Shown here one piece after another: positions 37,601 through 45,993 of a stretch of 64,000 nucleotides of DNA (position 1 is its first letter; every line of letters begins with the position of its first letter). The notes under the pieces were generated by a model, which worked only from the letters and a program-made list of their open reading frames with translations, ran no database searches and had not been told where the DNA came from. Both the position numbers and the translations under genes were made by a program. Source of the stretch: a virus; the IMG/VR virus record IMGVR_UViG_3300013114_000583, positions 64,001-128,000 of that record. One strand, 5' to 3'.

Positions 37601-38103
37601 AATCCACCAGCGGCTTCTTTATCTATAACAACGCTTGGCCGAACACTACCAGTGGGAGTTCTGTAGCCTACAAACAATCCCCAAGCTGTTTCTAGCGTGG
37701 TGCCGCCGGGGCCGTTATTTGAAGCAGCCCAGCCTGCGGCACCGCCAGGGCCCTCTGCGGACGAGGCCAAAGCATCATCATCCTCAACACCCAAAAGTCT
37801 AACAAAATTAACAGGAGAACTATTTCGCAAATACGCCTGTACAGCATAGCCAGCATACGTCGGGGCAAGGTATCCATTTCCTTCGCGCCAGGTATCATCT
37901 CCTAAGCCACCTGCTAGTGGGGCTCCAAAAATCTCAATAAATTCTGAAAAAGACTCGACCCTAACTGGTTTTAAAGCCGGGCCTCGCTCTGATCTTCCTA
38001 TTATTACTGGACCTACGTCATCTGACTGCTTTGGTAATTGTGAGTTATCTATTTCGTTTAAGAAAACTCCTGGTGAAACAAATTTAAACTTCTTTTCCGA
38101 CAT
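34624..38103 (-). CDS. Tail sheath protein (gp18-like), enlarged by insertions
   Basis: FVSPGVF..EID, YYPW, WFAPAGFNRG, INPIATF, GQKTL, RINVRRLL, FLKPARSIEFI. Confidence 0.96.
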   Translation of the reverse strand: MSEKKFKFVSPGVFLNEIDNSQLPKQSDDVGPVIIGRSERGPALKPVRVESFSEFIEIFGAPLAGGLGDDTWREGNGYLAPTYAGYAVQAYLRNSSPVNFVRLLGVEDDDALASSAEGPGGAAGWAASNNGPGGTTLETAWGLFVGYRTPTGSVRPSVVIDKEAAGGFAADEWIRIEGGKSSTKVEFRFDVGAPKADCRGGLNVNGNPDGACGAGTNQDPYIIGLNGAADQEAIMERVEQALNYTGTADAENGLALGFGASALEKDGAAAAGSRFVLSSSLGGYAGNDLTVECFASNGTTVHPTVRVYASGSTTATTKFSGGTGPDFNASLAAALYTNPEGTDNAVDFTLQGTVLGETVGAGTVLTSSANLAISAAGSLKNPEFELVINQSHGDNKVVPISFDTTSKKFIRKVLNTNPVLTNTSITEDGDVYWLGETYEHALTRDVFGAATTGDEAFAFVAPLSNGSKTLGDWRYPVQGAKTGWFFSQWTDSTGSFDPNLAQKLFRFASLNEGESNNRDFKVSITDIRPPPKGGTNPYGSFSVVLRRAKDSDNAVQIVERFSNCNLNPYSGDYVARKIGDIKQEWSLSENRYKHYGNYPNMSRYIRIEMNSTVDQNFHPASLIPFGVFGPPVLETMSQTFEGADVTFGVAADPDPGAAWLGDIDINAAHGDYWLSASNPTFAADEESGIGATRRKNTAAKMKVGVLHTMLRHSASDGGIIDPTKAYFGLQTVRGSSSTRYDDGYVDLVRSRAADFGKDKWDADYSGGTEWSWVFTMDDIVTSGSNGNVAYYESGSYKAGNSATALEGEIKLLNEFGINKFTSPLYGGYDGVDITESEPFNNREIEAAAGDARASYEYASVKRAIDSVADAEVVEANLMAIPGLTDETLTTSLIRNCEARADSLAVIDLPDVFDPPQEHKHADFKDRIGSGVKSVAETFTQRGINSSYGCTYYPWLKIYDEITDSLVWVPPSVIALGVFANTERRAALWFAPAGFNRGGLTEGSAGLPVISVTERLSSKQRDDLYEANINPIATFPSEGIVVFGQKTLQTTRSALDRINVRRLLIYVKKEVSRIANRILFDQNVQSTWDRFLAQVTPFLDRVKQGYGLTDFKVILDKTTTTPDLVDRNIMYAKIFLKPARSIEFIAIDFIITNTGAAFED

Positions 38104-38168
38104 TGTTATGGTTCTCCTCTTTAAATTAAAAATCTCTCGCGATTTAAAATTATAATTTAAGCTCTTAA

Positions 38169-38175
38169 TAATTAG
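38169..38175 (-). promoter_or_regulatory. Putative late promoter motif CTAATTA(TTA)
   Basis: Between the fibre terminator and the sheath start. Confidence 0.6.
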
Positions 38176-38204
38176 TTGAAGTTATGTCGAAAAGTAAAAA
38201 GAAT

Positions 38205-38238
38205 AATAAAGAAAAGCCCGGGCAGAAGTGCCCGGGCC
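38205..38238 (-). terminator. Intrinsic terminator after the fibre gene
   Basis: GCCCGGGCA-CTTC-TGCCCGGGC followed by TTTTCTTTATT. Confidence 0.88.
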
Positions 38239-38270
38239 ATAAGGTGAGTGTATATTAAGCTACATTTTGA

Positions 38271-41200
38271 TTAATTAGCTTTCATATATTTAATCATCAA
38301 GTAGTCATCGGAATCGACACCCTCTTCCAAAACAACTGTCGCAGCACCAGCACTTGCGCTATGAGTATAGGTATAATCATAATCACTACTGTTGCTCTCA
38401 GTCGCTTCAATGAGCAGCTGACCATTCAAGAAAACCATGACAGATCCGGCGCCGGATACGGCACCTGCAATAGTCGCAGTTTTGGAAGAGTTGGTTAGAG
38501 CTGCAGCATTTCCTGCGCTGGAGGCCATGAAGACCTCTTGCGTTTCCTGGGTGCCAATAAAAGTTACCAACTGAGCAAGCGTCATTGTTTTGGCTGCACT
38601 ACCATCACCACCATCCTGAACCAGTATGGTATCAGTGGCGATGGTGGCGGCAGCGGCGGTCAATGCGGCACCAGCGGTGGTTGTAAGCGCACCGCATGCA
38701 ACAGTACCAAGGCCCGAAACGTTACCGCTGTCGTCAAAGGTATAGTTACCATCGGAAAAGGTGCCACTAATCGTCAAATTGCGGCCGCCGGTGATGTCAC
38801 CATTGCTGTCCAAGACCATTGCCTTGCTAACTGCAGCAGTACCCGGAGTAACACCGTCAAGAACACCAATTTCTGCAGTAGTGATCGTGGTCGAATCAAG
38901 CGTCAAGCTAGTATCGCCTGTGATAGTGCCTGTCACAGCCAAGTTACCTGACGAGGTGATAGCACCACAGCCAATTGTTCCGATTGTAGCAATATTCTTA
39001 CTAGCGTCGAGAACGACAGCCTTGCTAGCTGCAGCAGTACCCGGAGTAACACTGTCAAGAACGCCGATCTCAGCAGTAGTGATCGTCGTTGTATCAAGCG
39101 TCAAGCTAGTATCGCCTGTGATAGTGCCTGTCACAGCCAAGTTACCTGACGAGGTGATAGCACCGCAACCGACAGTGCCAAGGCCCGAAACGTTACCGCT
39201 GTCGTCAAAGGTATAGTTACCATCAGACAAAGTACCAGAAATTGTCACGTTTCTCAAGCCAGAGGCGATGTCAGCGTTGCCGTCCAAGACGAGGGCCTTG
39301 TTGGCAGCACCAGCACCATTAGTAATGCCATCCAATTTCTCAAGATCAGATTCGCTCATAGAAGCAGAGCCGATAATGAAAGAACCAACAGCAGTTATAG
39401 AACCAGCAGTGTTCAAGTCACCATCTGAATTCAAGCGCATTTTCTCTGTGGCTGCTTCAGATTTGCCGGTTGCAAAAACCAGATCAGTATCATTGGAAGA
39501 GGAGGAAAAAGCGCCATCTGCTTCTGCATAAATTGATGCAGCAACCAAAATAGCGTCAGTGCCCGCGGAATCCAACGGAGCTTGGAAATCAATCTGACCA
39601 AGCTTGTTCCCATCGACAACTGTTGTTTCAGCAGTTGATAGAAGAAGCTTTCCTGGTGTGGCTGCACCACCTCTGAGTTCTAACTCATCAGCGGACTGAT
39701 CCCATTCAAGGTAAGCTCCTGATGTATCACCGAACATTTTCACGTCAACACCTGTGTCGTTGGCACCGAAAGTTGCAGCTGCCGTAAATGTCTTCGCTCC
39801 CGTAAATGTCTGAGTCTCGCTCAAGTGAGCAGTATCAGCATCCAAATAAGCCGAAGCAACCGCAGTGCCGTTCCAAACACCAGAGGCAATCGTACCAACG
39901 CTAGTCAGACTAGAACCGACAACACTGGAGCCAAGTGTAGTTGCACTAAGAACAGAAGCATTGTTGATCTTGTAGACCTTGGTGCTGGCAAGACTCATGT
40001 TCTCTGAAGAAGTCCAGTTGTCCCCAGTATTTGCCCATTGAAAAGTTTTATCACTGTCTGAAGATTTGAGGGTAATACCGCCACCATCAACAGAAGCATC
40101 ATCGCCTTCAGAACCACTGGGAGAATGTGCAAGATCGATGTTCTTGTCATCCAGCTGGATGGTGGTCGAGTTAACTGTTGTGGTTGTTCCACTAATTGTT
40201 AAATCACCTCCTATAGTAACTCCGCCGGCAAAAGTTGCCAACTTATCACTATCCAGCCTCAATACTTCAGATTGTGAAGCATTGCCGTCTGTTGTATACA
40301 TAACTAATGCTGCACCGTTCTCGGTGCCCGACCAGGTGGCATCAGCGATAGCTTCAATTCTTGCACCTACTGTCATGGTACTCGAAGTGTCCTCTGCGGC
40401 AGCGAACTCAATTACACCTAGCCGATGATCGTCGGCTAAAGGCTGTCCATCATTAGATGCCAACCGTATGTATCCACCCTCTGTGGCACTACTTGAGGTT
40501 GAATCTGTGACTGTAATACCAGGGGTATCGATTGTCACTGCAGTCGAAGCATTGATATCAACAGTTGGAGCTGTCATATCAAGAGTGGTGCCTGAATTAA
40601 TTTCCAAGTGACCGTTAGAGGAGGCAACAATGTTTTCTTCGCCTCCACCGTCGTGAAATGATAGCTTAGAAGTAAGACCAAGAATCAGCTCATCAGCGGA
40701 CTCATCCCACATCATGAATTCACCGGTAGTATTACCGAAGAATTTGACATCATACCCATCTGTGTCAGCGCCGACAGTAAGCGTTCCGTCCAAGTCTACG
40801 GCGCCATCAATATCAACAGCGTCAAGATTAGTTGTGCCATCAACATCAATATCGCCAGAGATATCCAGATTCGCAAAGACAGAAGTTCCGGTTGAGGTGA
40901 TAGCACCACAGCCAATTGTTCCGATTGTAGCAATATTCTTGCTTCCGTCGAGAACGACAGCCTTGCTAGCTGCAGCAGCACCTGCAGTAACAGAATCAAG
41001 AACGCCGATTTCAGCAGTAGTGATCGTCGTTGTATCAAGCGTCAAGCTAGTATCGCCTGTGATAGTGCCTGTCACAGCCAAGTTACCTGACGAGGTGATT
41101 GCACCACAACCAACAGTGCCGATAGACGCAATATTACCACTACCGTCCAAGACAAGAGCCTTACTCGCAGCAGCGGTACCATTTGTGATGCCATCAAGCT

Positions 41201-43367
41201 TTTCCAAGTCAGCCTCGCTCATGGCAGCAGAGCCTATAGTAAGGCTGGTTGCACAAGTCACGGTACCGCTGACGGTTAAGTTGCCGCCAGAAGAAAGCGA
41301 CATCGTTTCTGCTGCAGCCGCGCTAGAAGCAGTCTTAAAAGAAAGTTTCGTCGCGTTGCTGGACGATGAGAAGTCACCCTCTGAAACAGCCTCAATACCA
41401 GCTGCAACCAAGATTGCGTCCGTGCCGGCCTCTTCGGCTGGTGCCTGGAAGTTGATGACACCCAATTTATCATTGGCCGCAATATCGTCGTCTCCGGTCT
41501 GTAGGGTCATTGTGAAGTATTTGTCATCAGATGTCGAGTCGTGCAGGAAAGTAAGACCGCTATCTTCGACGTGAGTCACTTTAATCTCATTGTGGTCACC
41601 AAAACTCATGACCGCTCCGTCGGCCAGGAATAAATCGCTAAATTGTAGCGAATTGGTTCCCAGAGCAGCCCCATCCTGGGCGTCAGGCACAAAAGCAGTG
41701 GTGGCTGTAATGGATGTGCCCTGAATTGTGCCTGCACTAACCATCGCCTCCACGCTAAGCGAGTTACCACTATATGTAAACCCGGAATCCGAGGTCAATC
41801 CAGAGGAACCATCATTAATTTGCACGTAACCAGTGCTTCCGTGTACAGAAAGACCTGCACCAACTAACTCCGAAACTGTAACTGTTCTCATTCTTGCATC
41901 AGTACCGCTGATGGCAACATCATATATTGCAACTAAATCAGCGGTTGCCGGGCCGCCACTCAGGGCATCAAATTTACTAATATCAACTGTAAGTTCTCCT
42001 GTAGAGCCAGTCACATTCAAGCCGCCCGCTGAGCCGGTGGCCAATTGTCTAGCACTAAATTTTGTTCTCGCCATTTCTTCATCCTCCTCTTCTAGGGTTG
42101 TACCAACTAAACTCCAACTGTACGTACTTGTTGCCGCAGTAGTAATAGCAGCACTAACTGGATCTGCCGTTGAGGGCCGATCATTTCCACCAGTAAATGG
42201 CGTAGCTCCACTAGCAGTTATTAACACTGGCTTAGTGGAAGTTTGATAATCACTTGCGGCGCCGGTCTCGACACCGCTCGCCAGAGTGACAACTATCGTA
42301 CCATCTGTACTAATAGACCCCGCTCCGGATTTTGTAACACTAGTAAACTCACCTGTATCGTTGATAGCATCATAAATCTCATTAAAGACATCTCTCCAAT
42401 CTGTTATGGAAAAACCGGTTAAATCAATTGTTGTGGTATCTTCGGTCCAAGTGTAACCAGAAGTAGGCGCAGAATAACCTGTCCCAGAAAGAACAAATCT
42501 TCTACCCCCACCAGCAGTTGGAAGCTGAATACCCCTGTACCCACTCGAAGAGTTAGTGTTACCAGCTGATGGCTGATAGTTACTCCACTCACTTGCATTG
42601 TATTCACTACTCCCTGCTGCAGTTGTCTTTACACTACCTGAACTAAACGTTAACGTAATTACACCATTTGAAGCCGGCGCTGTATAATCAACCGTACCAG
42701 TGCCTGTTGCAGCCATCGAACCACTTGTAACAGTAGGGTGCTTTGCTAATTGATCACCATTATAAGTGTAGCTATAAACACCAGGATCTTTATTGCCGTT
42801 ATATATCTTAAAATAATTAAGATACAATGTTTCAGCGCTTACAGTTTTAGTGGCAGCTAATGTTACAGAAGTGTTAGACCCAGCAGTAGCTGAATATTCA
42901 GTTGTACTAGTGCTTGTTCCAGAACCAGTTGGGTGCAAAGAATATTGAGCATAAATCTTAGCTGTTTCACTATTTGCAGCATCCGTAACTAGCGTAAAAG
43001 TAAATGCCGGTGATACTGTCGTTGTATCGCCACCCCCAGAAGGGTTGCCCGCATCCAAGTGAATGCCCCTATAGCCAACATCATAAACATAATTGCCGTT
43101 AGCTTCGAAAACATCACTAGGCTTCATGCCACTTGTAGAGGCATTTGACCTATCTGGGGCCCAGACACTAATAATAGCGCCACTTATCACAAAGTAAACA
43201 TAATGATCTTCATCCATCGTAACGGATTGAAAAGTTGATGAAAGATCATTGCCGCTAAGCAGCGCTGTTAAATCACTAAAAGATGCATATGCCGATGTAT
43301 ACTTATAGGCTTTTACTGCAGCTGATTGGCCTGACTTCAAACCTAAATAAAAAGTTCTATTTGCCAT
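38271..43367 (-). CDS. 1698-aa Gly/Ser/Thr/Ala-rich fibre or virion appendage protein
   Basis: Beta-helix-like repeats (GxITxxGxLxVxG), repeated L..LDG.T.G.A.A.KA.VLD modules, C-terminal VFLNGQL domain. Confidence 0.8.
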   Translation of the reverse strand: MANRTFYLGLKSGQSAAVKAYKYTSAYASFSDLTALLSGNDLSSTFQSVTMDEDHYVYFVISGAIISVWAPDRSNASTSGMKPSDVFEANGNYVYDVGYRGIHLDAGNPSGGGDTTTVSPAFTFTLVTDAANSETAKIYAQYSLHPTGSGTSTSTTEYSATAGSNTSVTLAATKTVSAETLYLNYFKIYNGNKDPGVYSYTYNGDQLAKHPTVTSGSMAATGTGTVDYTAPASNGVITLTFSSGSVKTTAAGSSEYNASEWSNYQPSAGNTNSSSGYRGIQLPTAGGGRRFVLSGTGYSAPTSGYTWTEDTTTIDLTGFSITDWRDVFNEIYDAINDTGEFTSVTKSGAGSISTDGTIVVTLASGVETGAASDYQTSTKPVLITASGATPFTGGNDRPSTADPVSAAITTAATSTYSWSLVGTTLEEEDEEMARTKFSARQLATGSAGGLNVTGSTGELTVDISKFDALSGGPATADLVAIYDVAISGTDARMRTVTVSELVGAGLSVHGSTGYVQINDGSSGLTSDSGFTYSGNSLSVEAMVSAGTIQGTSITATTAFVPDAQDGAALGTNSLQFSDLFLADGAVMSFGDHNEIKVTHVEDSGLTFLHDSTSDDKYFTMTLQTGDDDIAANDKLGVINFQAPAEEAGTDAILVAAGIEAVSEGDFSSSSNATKLSFKTASSAAAAETMSLSSGGNLTVSGTVTCATSLTIGSAAMSEADLEKLDGITNGTAAASKALVLDGSGNIASIGTVGCGAITSSGNLAVTGTITGDTSLTLDTTTITTAEIGVLDSVTAGAAAASKAVVLDGSKNIATIGTIGCGAITSTGTSVFANLDISGDIDVDGTTNLDAVDIDGAVDLDGTLTVGADTDGYDVKFFGNTTGEFMMWDESADELILGLTSKLSFHDGGGEENIVASSNGHLEINSGTTLDMTAPTVDINASTAVTIDTPGITVTDSTSSSATEGGYIRLASNDGQPLADDHRLGVIEFAAAEDTSSTMTVGARIEAIADATWSGTENGAALVMYTTDGNASQSEVLRLDSDKLATFAGGVTIGGDLTISGTTTTVNSTTIQLDDKNIDLAHSPSGSEGDDASVDGGGITLKSSDSDKTFQWANTGDNWTSSENMSLASTKVYKINNASVLSATTLGSSVVGSSLTSVGTIASGVWNGTAVASAYLDADTAHLSETQTFTGAKTFTAAATFGANDTGVDVKMFGDTSGAYLEWDQSADELELRGGAATPGKLLLSTAETTVVDGNKLGQIDFQAPLDSAGTDAILVAASIYAEADGAFSSSSNDTDLVFATGKSEAATEKMRLNSDGDLNTAGSITAVGSFIIGSASMSESDLEKLDGITNGAGAANKALVLDGNADIASGLRNVTISGTLSDGNYTFDDSGNVSGLGTVGCGAITSSGNLAVTGTITGDTSLTLDTTTITTAEIGVLDSVTPGTAAASKAVVLDASKNIATIGTIGCGAITSSGNLAVTGTITGDTSLTLDSTTITTAEIGVLDGVTPGTAAVSKAMVLDSNGDITGGRNLTISGTFSDGNYTFDDSGNVSGLGTVACGALTTTAGAALTAAAATIATDTILVQDGGDGSAAKTMTLAQLVTFIGTQETQEVFMASSAGNAAALTNSSKTATIAGAVSGAGSVMVFLNGQLLIEATESNSSDYDYTYTHSASAGAATVVLEEGVDSDDYLMIKYMKAN
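38700..41110. repeat. Near-identical DNA repeats inside the fibre gene
   Basis: tcaagcgtcaagctagtatcgcctgtgatagtgcctgtcacagccaagttacctgacgaggtgat at about 38896, 39094 and 41035; ccaaggcccgaaacgttaccgctgtcgtcaaaggtatagttaccatc at about 38707 and 39178. Confidence 0.9.
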
Positions 43368-43389
43368 GTGTTTTATCCTCCTTTAAAAT
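43361..43389 (+). promoter_or_regulatory. Plus-strand sigma70-like promoter pointing into the 19-bp array
   Basis: TTGCCA (43361-66), 17 bp, TAAAAT (43384-89); overlaps the fibre start codon and RBS. Confidence 0.5.
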
Positions 43390-43411
43390 CTTAAAGGACT
43401 AATAGTAACAA

Positions 43412-43541
43412 AATAAAATGAATTAAAGAGGAATAAATGAATTAAAGAGGAATAAATGAATTAAAGAGGAATAAATGAATTAAAGAGGAATAAATGAACT
43501 AAAGAGGAATAAATGAATTAAAGAGGAATAAATGAATTAAA
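43412..43541 (+). repeat. Tandem 19-bp repeat AATAAATGAATTAAAGAGG, about 7 copies; each unit encodes ATG-AAY-TAA
   Basis: ATG at 43418, 43437, 43456, 43475, 43494, 43513, 43532; one internal substitution, AAT to AAC. Confidence 0.95.
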
Positions 43542-43548
43542 ATAAAAA

Positions 43549-43983
43549 CTATTCTTTAACAAAAACAATTTTTTCTCCCGGAAGTTCGGGAATCTTAATA
43601 ATGTACCCAGACTCGGGTACGCCTTTTTCTATTCTTACAGAGTCTAACAAGCCAAAAAGCCTTTTTCTGTTTTCTTCAGATATTCTAATTAGAGCAGACT
43701 TTTGTGTTTCTGCCACAATAATAAAATCAGCCAATTGTAATTTGGCGTTAAGGAAAGCCTCTCTTGCTGCTATGATGGCCACAGTTTCTTCATCCGTGCA
43801 CTCAACATGCGAAGGAAAAATATCAGATCGAGCCTCTGCTTCTTCAACTTCTTCAGTTTCCTCAACTTCTTCAGTCTCTTCAACTTCAGACTCAGAAAGA
43901 AGTTTTTTTATAACTTCAGCATCAGGCTCTTCTCCTTCACCCATGTCATTTACTAAATTTTTTAATTTGTCTAATAAACTCAT
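43549..43983 (-). CDS. Hypothetical acidic protein
   Basis: EEVEETEEVEE stretch; GGAG RBS. Confidence 0.75.
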   Translation of the reverse strand: MSLLDKLKNLVNDMGEGEEPDAEVIKKLLSESEVEETEEVEETEEVEEAEARSDIFPSHVECTDEETVAIIAAREAFLNAKLQLADFIIVAETQKSALIRISEENRKRLFGLLDSVRIEKGVPESGYIIKIPELPGEKIVFVKE

Positions 43984-43993
43984 TTTTTCTCTC

Positions 43994-44221
43994 CTATGAA
44001 AATAAAATCTTTTTTAAATTTCTAACATTATTGTCAAATTTGCAAAAATCGGAATCCAAAAATTCCAATGCTTCTGACTGGGCTGAGGACTCCGGATCTT
44101 TGAACTCAAAATAAAACTTTCCTGTCGGACCTCGATTGCAAACCATTAATTTGTAACCCTTTAATTGTAAATAGGCAGCTATCCCTATATCACTTGTTGT
44201 AAACGTGGCGGGGGCCATCAA
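43994..44221 (-). CDS. Small protein, DUF5659-like
   Basis: FTTSDIGIAAYL..KG..L...KFYFEF pattern; late motif at 44247-44253. Confidence 0.65.
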   Translation of the reverse strand: MMAPATFTTSDIGIAAYLQLKGYKLMVCNRGPTGKFYFEFKDPESSAQSEALEFLDSDFCKFDNNVRNLKKILFS

Positions 44222-44246
44222 ACTCTCTCCTTGTTCCTAAGTATAA

Positions 44247-44253
44247 TAACTAG
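44247..44253 (-). promoter_or_regulatory. Putative late promoter motif CTAGTTA(TTA)
   Basis: Intergenic consensus match. Confidence 0.55.
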
Positions 44254-44297
44254 TTTAAATGTTTTGTTTTCAACGAACAGTAAGATATTTATCACCT

Positions 44298-45521
44298 TTA
44301 CCCTACTATATACCGTATATATATTATGTCTCCAAGATCCAGACCGGGATCCTCAAAAGAAATAGTCCTGCTATTAACAACGGTGTAATCGTTGTCAACA
44401 CCAGAAGTTTGTAGTTGACCATTAACAAATATTAGTTCACTATTCTCGAACATAGGTTTAGAAGTAGTAAAAATCTTTTGGCCCTGCTCAGCTGCTTGGG
44501 CTGTTAAATTTTCAAAGGCTAAAGCATTATCAAGATCTTTAGATAAGGTGTCTGTAGTTACAGTGGTTGCCCCACTAGAAACGGCAAGGCCAGGGCCCGC
44601 AGCTGGAACATTAGTAAAAAAAGGAAACATGGGATCTTGACCAGGGTCTTGCACAGTCGGGAGGCCTTCGAGGCCATAAAACGCACCGAATTCATGCTCT
44701 GGTATTTCAGACAGCATAACTCTTTCTCTTGGTATTTTCACCTCCACAACATTTTCTCGGATAGCGTAAAAAGGCTTTTCTTGGTTTTTTCCATCGCCAA
44801 TCAAATACCCTAGCACTTTAAACGTAACATCCGTTTCATATCTTTTTTCATCCTGAGAATAATCAGAAGAGTTGTTCCTTTGACTAAACCCCTGTTGCAC
44901 AAAAGCTTCATACCTGTGGTTCTCATGTTTTAGCAATAAATAATTAATACCGCCAGGTCTTGTGATAAAAGGAGTTACCAAGTCATTCATCTGCTCCTGA
45001 TATTCCGTTCTTATGGTTATTTTATAAGATACCTCTATATAAACGGGAATCGGAATAGAGTAAGTCTGAAAAACCACCTTTTTATTTCTTTTTGGATAGT
45101 TTATTTGAGAAAACTTTCTTTTCGCGTCGGCTGCGGCAAAATTATTTGATTTTACCTGATTAATAATGCGAGCAACCGGTATAGCCCCTCCTTTTTCATC
45201 CCTCTCTGGAGGAATATTAGCCCAAATTGTTCCCTTTTTGTTTGGATCTTTGGTAATTGCTACCCTCTCTACGCTTATAATGGGAAAGATGAGAGCCCCT
45301 TGCGTATCTCGTATCTCTGGGCCCATTTTACTTTGAAATGCCCTCTCGGGAGATGCCCAGACAACAGGCACCCTCTTGAATCCCTCGTTTGTCGACGTAA
45401 AAAGGTTTTGTTCTTTAATATAATTCATTACGGCGCCGTCTATAGTTTCTATAGTTGACGGCGCGAAAGGTATTTTTACTTCTCTGTTTCTATCTACCAT
45501 CGAATAAACCTCTTCTCGCAC
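44298..45521 (-). CDS. Tail terminator / sheath stabiliser (gp15-like) with C-terminal IFVNGQL domain
   Basis: VPVVWASPER, PIISVER, PVYIEVSYKITIRTEYQEQMN, FKVLGYL. Confidence 0.8.
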   Translation of the reverse strand: MREEVYSMVDRNREVKIPFAPSTIETIDGAVMNYIKEQNLFTSTNEGFKRVPVVWASPERAFQSKMGPEIRDTQGALIFPIISVERVAITKDPNKKGTIWANIPPERDEKGGAIPVARIINQVKSNNFAAADAKRKFSQINYPKRNKKVVFQTYSIPIPVYIEVSYKITIRTEYQEQMNDLVTPFITRPGGINYLLLKHENHRYEAFVQQGFSQRNNSSDYSQDEKRYETDVTFKVLGYLIGDGKNQEKPFYAIRENVVEVKIPRERVMLSEIPEHEFGAFYGLEGLPTVQDPGQDPMFPFFTNVPAAGPGLAVSSGATTVTTDTLSKDLDNALAFENLTAQAAEQGQKIFTTSKPMFENSELIFVNGQLQTSGVDNDYTVVNSRTISFEDPGLDLGDIIYIRYIVG

Positions 45522-45978
45522 GGATGCACTTGGCTAAAATTTCGAAACTAGCTTCAACTTGGCCATAAAGCCATTTTGGCTCTTCCAGGGTCATTATCTC
45601 ATAATGGTTTTTGCCATATAATATAAAGTCGCCCTCTCTAACAAAAAGATCTTGATCTTCAGTGAGGCGCCTTTTATGAAATAAAACGGATATTCTTTCA
45701 ATTCTGTCAACGCCTAAATTTGTAGTTTTGGTCTGTTGCGACTCAAATTTAACTAACGCGTGTACCCTTATTGGGTTTTGAAACGTTTTTTGTATCGCTT
45801 CGCCATATATTGGATTGAAGTCTGTATCATCTATGCTTATAGGGTAATAAACTATAGTTTGTCCTATGACCCTCTCGATTACTTCATCATTTATTTGCTT
45901 TACTAAATTTTTCTCTTTTTGGCCAGTAAAAAGAGGCGGTGGAGGGTTACCAGGTTGTTCCCACTTATTGTCTGACAT
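45490..45978 (-). CDS. Neck protein (gp14-like head closure)
   Basis: EVIERVIGQTIVYY, PIYGE, EGDFI..G...YEI. Confidence 0.8.
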   Translation of the reverse strand: MSDNKWEQPGNPPPPLFTGQKEKNLVKQINDEVIERVIGQTIVYYPISIDDTDFNPIYGEAIQKTFQNPIRVHALVKFESQQTKTTNLGVDRIERISVLFHKRRLTEDQDLFVREGDFILYGKNHYEIMTLEEPKWLYGQVEASFEILAKCIRARRGLFDGR

Positions 45979-45993
45979 TAAAAGTTACCTCCT

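Noticed and set aside
38700-41110. Diversity-generating retroelement TR/VR pair
   Set aside because: All copies are in-frame coding, differences are not adenine-specific, and no reverse transcriptase is present in the window
43412-43541. CRISPR array
   Set aside because: Units are directly adjacent with no unique spacers, and no cas genes are in the window
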